Shown here piece after piece: positions 29,951-40,219 of a stretch of 64,000 nucleotides of DNA; position 1 is the first letter of the stretch, and each line of letters opens with the position of its first letter. The position numbers were made by a program, and so were the translations under genes. Origin of the DNA: an uncultured Chlorobiaceae bacterium (GTDB lineage: Bacteria; Bacteroidota; Chlorobiia; Chlorobiales; Chlorobiaceae); the NCBI GenBank assembly GCA_903859055.1, contig CAIOLC010000102.1, forward strand, positions 2,170-66,169. The letters are read 5' to 3'. The notes under the pieces were generated by a model. That model had not been told where the DNA came from. It worked only from the letters and a program-made list of their open reading frames with translations, and searched no databases.

Positions 29951-29969
29951 AAATAATTCTGAATTATTT
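29951..29969. promoter_or_regulatory. Perfect 9-1-9 AT-rich palindrome upstream of the osmC promoter
   Basis: AAATAATTC-T-GAATTATTT. Confidence 0.35.
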
Positions 29970-30097
29970 ATCCAGGCCAGTACCGTTGAAATGAAACAAA
30001 TAGTGGAGGTGATCTCTTTTCATGGTGAGTGGAAGATGACAAAACCGGAAAAGGGGGGCAGATTTGGAGGGTATATTGTGATTGACCGGGAAAAACA

Positions 30098-30131
30098 AAA
30101 AAGCAGTACAGCGTGAACTGTACTGCTTTTT
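30098..30131 (-). terminator. Intrinsic terminator of pnp
   Basis: AAAAAGCAGTACAG-CGTGAA-CTGTACTGCTTTTT. Confidence 0.85.
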
Positions 30132-30146
30132 CAGTATTGATAGTAT

Positions 30147-32324
30147 TTAGTTGCTCTCTTTGGGTTTCTCCTGGTCAACCGCCTTGATGGAGAGGGCAAA
30201 CTTGGTCTTGCCAGTGCGTGGATCCTTGCGCACATCCACCAGTTTCACCTTTACCTTCTCGCCGATCTTAAGATGATCGCTCACCTTTGTCACCCTGGTG
30301 GTACTCGATATTTCGGAGATGTGAACAAGTCCGTCAGTCTTGGGGAGGAACTCTACAAAGGCTCCAAGCTCATCGCGAATGTCGCGCACCTTGCCAATAT
30401 AGATGGTTCCAACTTCAGGCTTGGCGGTAAGGCTTTTTATGGTGGCAAGCGCCGCGTTGGTGCCCTCACTGGTGGAGCAGGCGATGGTGACGGTTCCGTC
30501 ATCATCGATATTGATCTCGGCACCGGTCTCTTCGGTAATGCTGCGGATGGTCTCGCCACCTTTGCCAATAATCATACCGATACAGTCAACCGGCACCTTG
30601 ATGGTGGTCAGTTTTGGAGCAAAGTTTGCAAGTTCCTGACGGGTAGAAGAGATCGCCTTCTCCATTTCACCGAGAATGTGCAGTCGTCCTCGGCGTGCCT
30701 GCTCAAGAGCGGTTTCAAGAATATGATAGTCAAGCCCGTCAATTTTGATGTCCATCTGGCAGGCGGTAATACCATCTTTGGTGCCTGACACCTTGAAATC
30801 CATATCTCCAAGGTGATCTTCATTGCCGAGAATATCGGAGAGGACAGCATAAGAGGATCCCTCTTTGATCAATCCCATGGCGATACCTGATACCGGTTTT
30901 TTAATTGGAACACCACCATCCATCAGGGCAAGCGTTCCACCGCAGACCGATGCCATTGATGAAGAGCCGTTTGACTCAAGAATATCAGAAACGATGCGGA
31001 TGGTGTAGGGGAACTCCTCCTGGGCAGGAGCAACCATTTTGATGGAGCGTTCGGCAAGATTGCCGTGGCCGATCTCTCTGCGCCCGACACTGCCAAGCCG
31101 TCCACACTCACCGACGCTGAAGGGCGGAAAGTTGTAGTGGAGATAGAATTTTTTATCGGCGCTGTTGGTCAGGGTATCGACGGACTGGGCATCTTTTTTT
31201 GTGCCGAGAGTAATGGTGACAAGTGCCTGTGTCTCGCCTCTGGTGAAGAGTGCTGAACCGTGGGCTCTCGGGATGATGCCCAGTTCAATACTGATCGGGC
31301 GTACCTGATCAAGTGCCCTGCCGTCAAGTCGTTTTGAATCGTCAAGAATCATGTGGCGCATCACCTTTTTCTCAATGGCATGAATCTGCTCTTCTATGAT
31401 ATGCTGGTTGACACAGAGCGCTTTCTCTGGATCAGCGGCGATCTCCTCGTTGCTGATGGTCGATTTGAAGTGCTCGATGGTTGATGCAATGATTTCGCGG
31501 TAGATCAGGGCTGTCTGGTCAGCACGCTCTTCCTTTGCAAGTGGAGTATAGGCAAGCTCCTTGAGACGGGTTTCGCAGAGTTCGCGAATGACATCAGTAA
31601 GCTCCGCCGGTATTGAAAGTGGAGCAAACGGGCGCTGCGGTTTTGCCACTTCTGCTGCTATTTCGTTTTGAAGAGCGCAAAGCTTTTTGATTGCCGTGTG
31701 GCCAAACTTGATCGCTTCAACCATCTCAGCTTCCGATATCTCTTTCATCTCACCTTCGAGCATACAGATGGTATCGTTGGTGCCACCGATACAGATATCA
31801 ATGTCGCTCTCCTGTAACTCGTTGATGTCAGGGTTAATAATATAGAGGCCGTTGATTCTGCCAACCCTCACCTCCGACATCGCGTTGTGAAAGGGAATGT
31901 CAGAGACCATGATGGCGGCTGAAGCAGCCAGGCCGCCCAGTACATCAGCATCATTGATCTGGTCTGAAGAGATAACGGTGACAATAATCTGGGTTTCATA
32001 GAGGTAGCCGTCAGGGAAAAGCGGGCGGAGTGCCCGGTCGATCAGTCTGGCTGAAAGAATCTCCTTTTCGGAAGGGCGACTTTCGCGCTTGAAAAAACCA
32101 CCGGGAAACTTGCCGGCAGCCGAATATTTTTCGCGGTATTCAACCTGGAGCGGAAAGAAGTCCTGGTTGGGTGGCGGACTCTTTTTGCTTGATACTACCG
32201 TCGCAATCACCATCGTATCGCCAAGGCGGACAACTACTGCCCCATCGGCCTGTTTTGCCATTTTGCCGGTCTCAATCGAGATTACCTTCCCCTGGCCAAG
32301 ATCAATTGCTTTGTTAACAATCAT
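30147..32324 (-). CDS. pnp: Polyribonucleotide nucleotidyltransferase
   Basis: [40 protein letters not shown] and S1 domains. Confidence 0.97.
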   Translation of the reverse strand: MIVNKAIDLGQGKVISIETGKMAKQADGAVVVRLGDTMVIATVVSSKKSPPPNQDFFPLQVEYREKYSAAGKFPGGFFKRESRPSEKEILSARLIDRALRPLFPDGYLYETQIIVTVISSDQINDADVLGGLAASAAIMVSDIPFHNAMSEVRVGRINGLYIINPDINELQESDIDICIGGTNDTICMLEGEMKEISEAEMVEAIKFGHTAIKKLCALQNEIAAEVAKPQRPFAPLSIPAELTDVIRELCETRLKELAYTPLAKEERADQTALIYREIIASTIEHFKSTISNEEIAADPEKALCVNQHIIEEQIHAIEKKVMRHMILDDSKRLDGRALDQVRPISIELGIIPRAHGSALFTRGETQALVTITLGTKKDAQSVDTLTNSADKKFYLHYNFPPFSVGECGRLGSVGRREIGHGNLAERSIKMVAPAQEEFPYTIRIVSDILESNGSSSMASVCGGTLALMDGGVPIKKPVSGIAMGLIKEGSSYAVLSDILGNEDHLGDMDFKVSGTKDGITACQMDIKIDGLDYHILETALEQARRGRLHILGEMEKAISSTRQELANFAPKLTTIKVPVDCIGMIIGKGGETIRSITEETGAEINIDDDGTVTIACSTSEGTNAALATIKSLTAKPEVGTIYIGKVRDIRDELGAFVEFLPKTDGLVHISEISSTTRVTKVSDHLKIGEKVKVKLVDVRKDPRTGKTKFALSIKAVDQEKPKESN

Positions 32325-32438
32325 GAAAATCGTGTTGTAAAAAGTGATAAAAATGCTGCCCGGTTTTCTCAAGCAATAAACAAGTTCAGCAATATAACAT
32401 AAAAAATATCTTCTGGCACATTGTTCCCTGGCTTGCCC

Positions 32439-33290
32439 CTATGCCCGGATCCTCAGGTTATCGATAAGCCGGGTAGAGCCACAGATGGCGGCGACAAGCA
32501 GCCGGTACTCTTTACCCTTTTCTGCAGTTTCAGCCAGTTCAAAACTGATTGCATCAACAAAATTGACGTAATCAGTGCGGCAGCCGGGCGTGGAGCTGAT
32601 TATCTCTTCAACCTCTCTGGCAATGGTCTGCAGGTTTCGTTCATCTCCTGCCATCCGTTTTTCAGCGTGGCATAGACCCTGGTAAAGGATGCCCGCCTTG
32701 TTGCGCTCATCACTTGAGAGGTAGATATTTCTTGAACTCACTGCCAGGCCATTCTCCTCTCTGACAATAGGGGCAGGTACAATGGTGACCTCCATGTTGA
32801 GATCTGTCACAAGCTGGCTGATGATGGCGAGTTGCTGTGCATCCTTCTCTCCAAAGATTGCGCGATGTGGTTTTGTGATATTGAACAGTTTGCTCACTAC
32901 CGTTGCCACTCCATTGAAATGTCCAGGTCTCAGCTTTCCTTCAAAGTGTTCACCAAGAGCCCCGCACTGCAGTGTTGTCTGAAAATGGTCGGGGTAGATG
33001 CTGCTCACTTCCGGGGCAAAGAGATAGTCGACTCCGGCTGATCTGGCAAGAGCGACATCCTGTTCGAAAGGTCGCGGGTAACGGTGGAGCTCTTCAGTGG
33101 GGGCAAATTGCATCGGATTGACAAAAATCGTGAGTATAACGGTTCCTGCGCTTTGGCGGGCAAGCTTGATAAGGCTGAGATGCCCTTCGTGAAGTGCTCC
33201 CATGGTCATAACAACAGCAATAAGCTGACGGTTGAGGCGAAGCTTTTCAGCGATGACCTGCATCTGGCCGGGTTCAGTGATGATCTGCAT
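32439..33290 (-). CDS. panC: Pantoate--beta-alanine ligase
   Basis: [45 protein letters not shown]. Confidence 0.96.
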   Translation of the reverse strand: MQIITEPGQMQVIAEKLRLNRQLIAVVMTMGALHEGHLSLIKLARQSAGTVILTIFVNPMQFAPTEELHRYPRPFEQDVALARSAGVDYLFAPEVSSIYPDHFQTTLQCGALGEHFEGKLRPGHFNGVATVVSKLFNITKPHRAIFGEKDAQQLAIISQLVTDLNMEVTIVPAPIVREENGLAVSSRNIYLSSDERNKAGILYQGLCHAEKRMAGDERNLQTIAREVEEIISSTPGCRTDYVNFVDAISFELAETAEKGKEYRLLVAAICGSTRLIDNLRIRA

Positions 33291-34008
33291 GGTTTTTCTC
33301 TGATTTGATTGTTTTTTTCCCCGATGGATGGACAATTACAACAAACTCTCCTCTTGTTTTTCCATCGACAAGTTGTTGACGTATCTCCTCAATGGTTCCG
33401 GTAAGATACTCTTCATACATCTTTGTCATCTCTCGTCCAATGAAAATTTGTGCGTCAGGCAGGAGATTGCTCACTTCGTCAAGGAGCTTGATAATTCTGT
33501 AGGGCGATTCGTAGACAACAAAAGAGGCCTGGAGTCCGGTAAGATATTCAAGACGACTTTTTCGCCCTTTTTTGTGAGGAAGAAAGCCTGCGAAAAAGAA
33601 ATTGTTGACAGGAAGTGGACAGACCGATAGGGCCGCTGTAAGCGCACTTGCTCCAGGAACAGGAATCGTGAGAAGGTGTCGTTCATGCAGCGCATGCAGC
33701 AGCGCATATCCCGGATCGCTGATAACGGGAGTTCCTGCGTCGGTGACAAGAGCCACATCAACCCCCTCTTCAAGCAGAAGAATAATCTGGCCAATTGCCC
33801 TTGGCTCGTTAAAGTTGTGGTAACTGATCAGCTTTTTGCCTGAAATTTCAAGATGGTTCAAGAGAATTGATGTGCGTCTCGTATCTTCACAAGCGACAGC
33901 TCCAACCTGTTGCAAGGTTTTTATTGCTCTCAGGGTAATGTCTTCAAGATTGCCGAGCGGCGTTGCAACCACGTACAGTATTCCAGAATGTGATGGTTCG
34001 GTTGACAC
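33274..34008 (-). CDS. rsmI: 16S rRNA (C1402-2'-O)-methyltransferase
   Basis: [43 protein letters not shown]. Confidence 0.95.
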   Translation of the reverse strand: MSTEPSHSGILYVVATPLGNLEDITLRAIKTLQQVGAVACEDTRRTSILLNHLEISGKKLISYHNFNEPRAIGQIILLLEEGVDVALVTDAGTPVISDPGYALLHALHERHLLTIPVPGASALTAALSVCPLPVNNFFFAGFLPHKKGRKSRLEYLTGLQASFVVYESPYRIIKLLDEVSNLLPDAQIFIGREMTKMYEEYLTGTIEEIRQQLVDGKTRGEFVVIVHPSGKKTIKSEKNHADHH

Positions 34009-34102
34009 AGGTATGTGAGTGGTTGAACAAAAGGTTTCTTATGTAGATTGATGATGGTTTTAGTATAATAATAAAAGTACGATAAACAGCGTTCATGAGC
34101 AG

Positions 34103-35083
34103 ATGAAGGATAAGGTAGAGTTACTGTCGGTCGGCGACTTGCGGGTACAGTTTCCTGGAAAAAAAAGAGGAGTGATGGGGAGATCTCTCCCCGTTCCAGT
34201 AGTCAACGGAGTGTCGTTTGATGTTTTTAAGGGAGAGACGCTTGGGTTGGTCGGTGAGTCAGGTTGTGGAAAAACAACACTTGGCAGAGCGCTTGTTCGC
34301 CTTGGCCCTGCGGTTGTGGCTGGCAAGGTTTTTTTTGAAGGTCGGGAGATCTCCAGTATCGGGAATCGTCAGTTCCGCTCTCTTCGCAAAGAGATGCAGA
34401 TGATTTTTCAGGATCCTTTCGGTTCGCTTAACCCGCGTCTGACGGTTGGTCAGACACTTGAAGAGGTTGTGCTGGTGCACGGTATTGCCCGTGGTGAAGC
34501 TGCACGCAGGAGGATGAGTGAACTGCTTGATGTTGTCGGATTGAACAGGGAGTACTTTAACCGTTATCCTCATGAGTTTTCAGGCGGCCAACGACAGCGC
34601 ATAGGCATCGCTCGTGCGCTTGCGGTCAATCCGAAATTTATTATATGCGATGAGCCGGTCTCGGCACTTGATGTCTCCATTCAGTCGCAGATTCTCAATC
34701 TCCTCAAGGATCTTCAGCGCAATATGGGGTTGACCTATCTTTTTATCGCTCATGACCTGTCGGTTGTCGAGTATATCTCTGATCGTGTTGCTGTCATGTA
34801 TCTTGGAAAAATTGTTGAGATTGCAGACTCTACAGAACTCTATGCCAACCCGCAGCATCCCTACACAAGAGCGCTTCTCTCTGCTATTCCCAATCCGGAA
34901 TTTGGTGCCAGAAAGGAGCGTATTTTATTGAATGGTGATTTACCGGCTCTTCTGGATATGCCTGACGGATGTGCCTTTCATACAAGATGTCCTGTTGCGA
35001 AAGCAGAGTGCAAACATCAAACACCACAGCTTCAGATTCAAAACAATAATGGGCACCAGGTGAGCTGTCTCCTCTATGAATAA
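34103..35083 (+). CDS. Oligopeptide ABC transporter ATP-binding protein (AppF/OppF type)
   Basis: GESGCGKT, FSGGQRQR, DEPVSALD, HPYTRALL, C-terminal Cys motif. Confidence 0.93.
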   Translation: MKDKVELLSVGDLRVQFPGKKRGVMGRSLPVPVVNGVSFDVFKGETLGLVGESGCGKTTLGRALVRLGPAVVAGKVFFEGREISSIGNRQFRSLRKEMQMIFQDPFGSLNPRLTVGQTLEEVVLVHGIARGEAARRRMSELLDVVGLNREYFNRYPHEFSGGQRQRIGIARALAVNPKFIICDEPVSALDVSIQSQILNLLKDLQRNMGLTYLFIAHDLSVVEYISDRVAVMYLGKIVEIADSTELYANPQHPYTRALLSAIPNPEFGARKERILLNGDLPALLDMPDGCAFHTRCPVAKAECKHQTPQLQIQNNNGHQVSCLLYE

Positions 35084-36875
35084 CTCTCTGCCAGTAAAGC
35101 GGCGCGGCTGTCTCCGCAAAGGGTGTCTTGCCCTGATGATTCTTCCGGCACTGATTGTTGTCGGACTCTTGTGGGGTCTCCGCTCATCCCGCTCTCTTCC
35201 TGATCGTTTTGTGCTGGTACTGCCTCTCAGTGGCGGGGTTGATGAAATTCGCAATGAGAGTTCATCGCTTCCATTCATGCCATCGCGAGGCCCACTCTCG
35301 TTTCAGGAACTCCTTTTTGTGCTCGACAATGCTGTTGCTGATGAGCGGGTAAAAGAGCTGTTGCTGGATATTGGAGGGTTACAGGCAACCCCCGCAAAAA
35401 TCGGTGAATTGCGCGACGCTGTTGAAAAGGTGCGTAAAGGGGGTAAAAAAGTTACCGCTCTTCTTCACTCTGCCGAAGACAGCGACTACCTCCTTGCTTC
35501 GGCATGTGACACTATTGTTGTTGAGCGGGGGGGATATCTTCATCTTGATGGATTGAAGGCGGAGTCTCTTTTTTATACCACTCCTCTTGGGAAAGTTGGA
35601 GTTCAGGTTCAGGCCGCACAGTGGAAAAAATACAAGAGTGGTATTGAGCCCTATGTGCGAACCGGGGCCAGTAAAGAGTACTTTGAGCAGATCAACGCCT
35701 TGCTTGATGAGGTGTACGATCATTATCTTACCACTGTTTCGAAACGGCGGAACATCCGCCGATCCGCCTTCGAGGCAATTATCAACAATGAGGCACTTCT
35801 TTCGGCCAACAGAGCCAAAGCGCTCGGGCTGGTGGATGCTGTGGCATCATCATGGGAGTTGGAGCGTTCGCTGACGAGAAAAATCACCGGAAAAGAGCTT
35901 TCCAGCGATAATGAGGCTTATGTCTCTGCGGCAGAGTATCGTGCAGCAGTGACGTGGCCGAAGAGATCAACGACCGATGAGGCCATTGCCGTTCTTACCA
36001 TCTCTGGCACCATTGTTCGTTCTCTTGGTGAGCTTGGAGAGGGCGTGGATGTGCAGACCTTGAAAAGCTCTCTTGATGCCGCACTGGAGAACAAAAAAGT
36101 CAAGGCCATTGTGCTTCGCATCGACACTCCTGGCGGTGATGCGCTCGCTTCGGCGGATATGCTGCAGATGCTTGACTCGGCAGCCGTGAAAAAACCTTTG
36201 ATTGTCTCCATGTCGGGTGTCGCCGCTTCCGGTGGTTATATGACCGCTCTGGCAGGAAAAACCATTTTTGCCCAGCCGCTCACCATCACCGGCTCAATCG
36301 GAGTTTATGCCCTGAGGCCCAATATCAGCGGGCTTGCTGAAAAGATTGGATTGAAACGTGACGTTGTGACGAGAGGTCGCTACGCTGATGCCAATACCCC
36401 CTTCAAACCGCTTGAGGGTGAAGCGTATAACAAATTTGTTACAGCTTCAGGAGAGGTTTATGAGGACTTTATTGCCAAGGTTGCTGCGTCAAGAAAAATG
36501 CAGGTTGCTGCTGTGGACTCTGTGGCTGGTGGCCGCGTCTGGACCGGAAGTCGTGCGATGAAGGCTGGTCTGGTTGACCGTATGGGGGGGCTTTTTGATG
36601 CACTTCAGGCGGCACAGCTTCTTGCTAAAATCGAACCTTCAAAAAAACCGAAGATTCTGCTCTATCCAGTGCAGAAAAGCTGGTTTGAGTCTCTGCTTGA
36701 CGGAAAAAGCAGCAGTTTCTCTGAAAGAGTGGCGGTTGCCATCAAAAAGCAGGTGATCCAGGAGGTTGTTCCCCGTCAGCACTTCACTTCAATGGAGAGA
36801 TTCTACGAGATGCTGGTGAGTTCAGGTCAGCTTCATCTCCTTGCCGTGATGCCTTGTGAGGTTATCATTAACTGA
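35076..36875 (+). CDS. sppA: Signal peptide peptidase, 67K type
   Basis: Tandem S49 domains; IDTPGG, SMSGVAASGGY, TGSIGV, GRVWTG. Confidence 0.93.
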   Translation: MNNSLPVKRRGCLRKGCLALMILPALIVVGLLWGLRSSRSLPDRFVLVLPLSGGVDEIRNESSSLPFMPSRGPLSFQELLFVLDNAVADERVKELLLDIGGLQATPAKIGELRDAVEKVRKGGKKVTALLHSAEDSDYLLASACDTIVVERGGYLHLDGLKAESLFYTTPLGKVGVQVQAAQWKKYKSGIEPYVRTGASKEYFEQINALLDEVYDHYLTTVSKRRNIRRSAFEAIINNEALLSANRAKALGLVDAVASSWELERSLTRKITGKELSSDNEAYVSAAEYRAAVTWPKRSTTDEAIAVLTISGTIVRSLGELGEGVDVQTLKSSLDAALENKKVKAIVLRIDTPGGDALASADMLQMLDSAAVKKPLIVSMSGVAASGGYMTALAGKTIFAQPLTITGSIGVYALRPNISGLAEKIGLKRDVVTRGRYADANTPFKPLEGEAYNKFVTASGEVYEDFIAKVAASRKMQVAAVDSVAGGRVWTGSRAMKAGLVDRMGGLFDALQAAQLLAKIEPSKKPKILLYPVQKSWFESLLDGKSSSFSERVAVAIKKQVIQEVVPRQHFTSMERFYEMLVSSGQLHLLAVMPCEVIIN

Positions 36876-36881
36876 CCTCCT

Positions 36882-36906
36882 TACCTCCCCGAGGGTCGGG
36901 GAGGTA
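36882..36906. terminator. Hairpin between convergent sppA and the porin gene
   Basis: TACCTCCCCGA-GGG-TCGGGGAGGTA. Confidence 0.7.
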
Positions 36907-36930
36907 GAGAGATGGTGAAGAGCGGATGAG

Positions 36931-38280
36931 TTAAAATTTGTAGGTTAACGAGCCTTGTGTCCTTATGACGTTGCTTTCGGCAGAACCCTTGTAATCGGTT
37001 TTCCAGTTCGAGACCTGGAAGCCAAGGATCAAGCTTGGTGTTATGTTGTTGAGAACTCTTGCAAAGATCACCTGGTTCTGAGAGCGGGCATTGAGTGCGA
37101 GATCATCTTCATTTGGCTTGTCTATCCCAGCGCCAATACTCAATGATCTCGATGTGGACGGTGCGTATTTGAGGGCTGCCCATCCCCCTGAAGCACGAAT
37201 CTTCTTGAGATCACTTATAGAGGACTGGTTGACTCCCTGGGCGATACCACCCCAGTAATCGTCAAGATTTGCGCCAGTAAAATATTCTCCGGCAAAGGCC
37301 ATTTTTTTGCAGAGAGGCAAGCTCAGCTCAACATTACCTGACCATGAGTCAAGCGTTTTATGGGCACCTGTAGTATTGGTATCCCACTCCTCCTGGCCGT
37401 AGTGGCCTGAAAATGCCAGTGTTGTCGGCTGATCCTGCACAAGAAGCGGAGCAGAAAAGGCTATGCGGCCCTGGATGGTAGGCATTTGAGCGTCCTTGCC
37501 GGGATCGGTATTGTACCCTAAGGATAGAGGATCTGGTTGACTATTTTTTTCTCCGATAGTTCTTGCTGCGGCAACAGCTATCTCAAAATGGCTCTTCTCT
37601 CCAACTGAAAATCCTTTTGTGAGACGAACCTGAGGATGGCGAGTGCCGATATTTCCAGATGCCCACATGATGGCGGAGTCATCAACAAAAGGGATCAGGG
37701 AGGAGTGAAGATCCCATGTCTGCCCTGCAAGAATGCTGAAATCAGAGGCTGGCCAGTATGCCTTGAAATAGGCATGGCGCATACGGGGGTTCATGTTGTT
37801 TTCACTGCCGCCGCCAAGAAAGTCAAATTCGATATTTCCGGTCAGTTTTATTTTTTCAGTGTCTGGGCCGCTGAGGTTTAAACCGAGCCTGGTTGCGCCT
37901 GCTGTAAGATTCCATTCACCGTCGTGACTGTTTTGACCTTCAGGCCATGCCCACAGAGCAATGTTTCCCGGATTGATTTTTCCGTCATCATAGGATGCAT
38001 CAAAACGGGCAAAACCATACAATTGAATTTTTGTTCCGGAAGAGGTCGAAACCAGCGGAGTGGGGAGCACCTCGCTTTTTTTGGGAGCTTCAGCATCAAC
38101 CTTTGGAACTTCACGTTGTGCATTTGCTGATTGTTTCAGTTCAGCCAGCTCCCTCTCGAGGCGGTTCATACGTGTTGTTAAAGTTTCAGCGGCAAAGCAG
38201 GGAGCTGCTGTGAGAAGTGAGCCTGCAAGCATCAGTGCATAACCAAGTTTTCCCCGTTCATTCATAAGAGTTTTCCTCAA
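36931..38280 (-). CDS. Outer-membrane beta-barrel, DcaP-like porin with an N-terminal coiled coil
   Basis: Signal peptide, RMNRLERELAELK, YGFARFD, IEFDF, RMRHAY, AGQTW, terminal TYKF. Confidence 0.72.
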   Translation of the reverse strand: MRKTLMNERGKLGYALMLAGSLLTAAPCFAAETLTTRMNRLERELAELKQSANAQREVPKVDAEAPKKSEVLPTPLVSTSSGTKIQLYGFARFDASYDDGKINPGNIALWAWPEGQNSHDGEWNLTAGATRLGLNLSGPDTEKIKLTGNIEFDFLGGGSENNMNPRMRHAYFKAYWPASDFSILAGQTWDLHSSLIPFVDDSAIMWASGNIGTRHPQVRLTKGFSVGEKSHFEIAVAAARTIGEKNSQPDPLSLGYNTDPGKDAQMPTIQGRIAFSAPLLVQDQPTTLAFSGHYGQEEWDTNTTGAHKTLDSWSGNVELSLPLCKKMAFAGEYFTGANLDDYWGGIAQGVNQSSISDLKKIRASGGWAALKYAPSTSRSLSIGAGIDKPNEDDLALNARSQNQVIFARVLNNITPSLILGFQVSNWKTDYKGSAESNVIRTQGSLTYKF

Positions 38281-38520
38281 TGTGTTTGAATGTTTATTAA
38301 AGAAGTTTTTTAAAATCTGACTTGAATTCTTGTCGTTTTCAATATATCATAGTGGCTGAAAATTTTTTCAGTTGTTTTTTTTAAATCTCACAGGGTTGAA
38401 TCCCCATCGCTTGCGGTGAAGTTTGTTAAGCTTCTTCTCAACCAGGTACCCCGCTGCTGGAGGCTTCATCAGAAGTACCTCTTACTCGTTGCGGGAGGTG
38501 GCCATGAGCAGATAATCATT

Positions 38521-40080
38521 TCAGAAACTCCAGAAATCCCGGTCAAGATTGCGGTACTGAATGGCCTGGATGAGGTGTTTCATAGCAATCTTCTCGGAGT
38601 TGTCAAGATCGGCGATGGTGCGGCTCACTTTGATGATTCGGTCGTGCGCCCGTGCAGAGAGGTTCATGCGATTCATGGCATCCATCAGCTTTTGGGAAGA
38701 CTCTCGGTCAAGATGGCAGAAGCTTTTGATCTGCCGTGTGTTCATCTGGGCATTGGTATAGATTTTCGGTGATACGGTTGAGGCAAATCGTCTCTGCTGG
38801 ATATTGCGGGCGGAGATGACCCGTTCGCGGATTGTCGCCGAACTTTCGGCAAGAGATGCAACAAAAAGAGCGGAGTTATCGACTTTCGGCACATCAATGT
38901 GAATATCAATACGGTCAAGAAGTGGGCCTGAAATTTTTGAAAGGTATCGCTGAATCATTCTTGGTGGGGCAGTCAGATTCCCGTCACGATCTTTCAGCGC
39001 TCCCGCAGGGCTGGGGTTCATGGCGGCAATCAGCATAAAGCCTGCTGGATATTTTGTAGTAATGGCAATTCTTGAGACGATGGCTTCACGATCTTCAAGG
39101 GGCTGGCGGAGCACTTCGAGAGCATTGCGGCTGAATTCCGGCAGCTCATCGAGAAAAAGAATGCCGTTGTGGGCAAGGCTCACCTCTCCCGGCTTGGCTG
39201 TTGCTCCACCGCCGATCAGTGCAACATTACTGGTTGTATGGTGCGGGCTGCGAAAAGGTCGCCGGACCATGAGCGGGCGATCTTTTTCCAGCAAGTTTGC
39301 CACCGAGTAGATTTTGGTGGTTTCGAGTGACTCTTCAAAGCCAAGAGGGGGGAGAATCCCAGGCAACCCTTTTGCAAGCATGGTTTTGCCGCTGCCGGGA
39401 GGTCCGATCATAATGACGTTATGGCCGCCAGCCGCTGCAATTTCAAGTGCTTTTTTTGCAGCCCCCTGCCCCTTGATGTCTGCGAAATCAACAGGGTACT
39501 CCTGCACTCCCTCAAAAAGCTCGGCTACATTGACGGTCACCGGATTTGGAAGAATGACACCTGCCATCAGGGCTACCGTCTCGTTCAGGCTTTCAACACC
39601 GTAGACCTCGATGGTGGAGCCGTTGGATGCAGAGACTGCGACTGCTGCCTCTGGTGCGTTGGGCAATGGAACAATCAGCCGTTTTATATGCTCTTTTCCT
39701 GCCATTATGGCCACCGGCAGCGCTCCGTTGATTCTTCTCAATGAACCGTCAAGGGCAAGTTCACCCATGATAAGGGTATCTGCAAACCGGTTGCTGATAA
39801 GATCAAGCGAGCCCAGCAGCCCCACCGCAATCGGAAGATCAAAGGCGGTACCCTCCTTTTTTATATCTGCCGGGGCAAGGTTGACGGTAATTTTTTTCGG
39901 AGGAATAATAAACCCTGAATTTCGGATGGCAGTCAGAATCCTCTCCCGGCTCTCCCTGATTGCGTTATCCGGCAGCCCCACCACCGTAAAGGATGGAATG
40001 CCGGAAGTAACATTAATTTCAACCGTCACCTTCAGGGCATCAATCCCAATCAGCGCAGCAGCGTTAAGGATAGAGAGCAT
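38521..40080 (-). CDS. comM: YifB/ComM Mg-chelatase-like AAA ATPase
   Basis: VGLPD, TVNLAPAD, GPPGSGKT, PGEVSLAHNG, FLDELPEF, SGPLLDRID. Confidence 0.93.
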   Translation of the reverse strand: MLSILNAAALIGIDALKVTVEINVTSGIPSFTVVGLPDNAIRESRERILTAIRNSGFIIPPKKITVNLAPADIKKEGTAFDLPIAVGLLGSLDLISNRFADTLIMGELALDGSLRRINGALPVAIMAGKEHIKRLIVPLPNAPEAAVAVSASNGSTIEVYGVESLNETVALMAGVILPNPVTVNVAELFEGVQEYPVDFADIKGQGAAKKALEIAAAGGHNVIMIGPPGSGKTMLAKGLPGILPPLGFEESLETTKIYSVANLLEKDRPLMVRRPFRSPHHTTSNVALIGGGATAKPGEVSLAHNGILFLDELPEFSRNALEVLRQPLEDREAIVSRIAITTKYPAGFMLIAAMNPSPAGALKDRDGNLTAPPRMIQRYLSKISGPLLDRIDIHIDVPKVDNSALFVASLAESSATIRERVISARNIQQRRFASTVSPKIYTNAQMNTRQIKSFCHLDRESSQKLMDAMNRMNLSARAHDRIIKVSRTIADLDNSEKIAMKHLIQAIQYRNLDRDFWSF

Positions 40081-40219
40081 GGCAAAAAGAGTGATGAATT
40101 TCAGTAATTATACGCAAGGTAAATAAATAATCAGAATACGCGAATATTTCTTTTTATTTTCTTCCTTGCATTCTACCACCAAATTCATCACTCCCCATTG
40201 TCAACTGTCAATTGCCCCA

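Noticed and set aside
29991-30116. 41-aa ORF MKQIVEVISF... on the plus strand
   Set aside because: No RBS or recognisable motif, and it runs into the pnp terminator.
33274-33290. rsmI/panC overlap as a frameshift
   Set aside because: Both proteins look complete; a 17-bp overlap is ordinary.
38395-38510. Riboswitch, hammerhead (CTGATGA) or tRNA-like (GGGTTGAATCCC) element upstream of the porin
   Set aside because: No GAAA/UH hammerhead core, no cloverleaf, and no by-eye match to SAM-I, cobalamin, TPP, fluoride or Moco consensus; kept only as a low-score lead.
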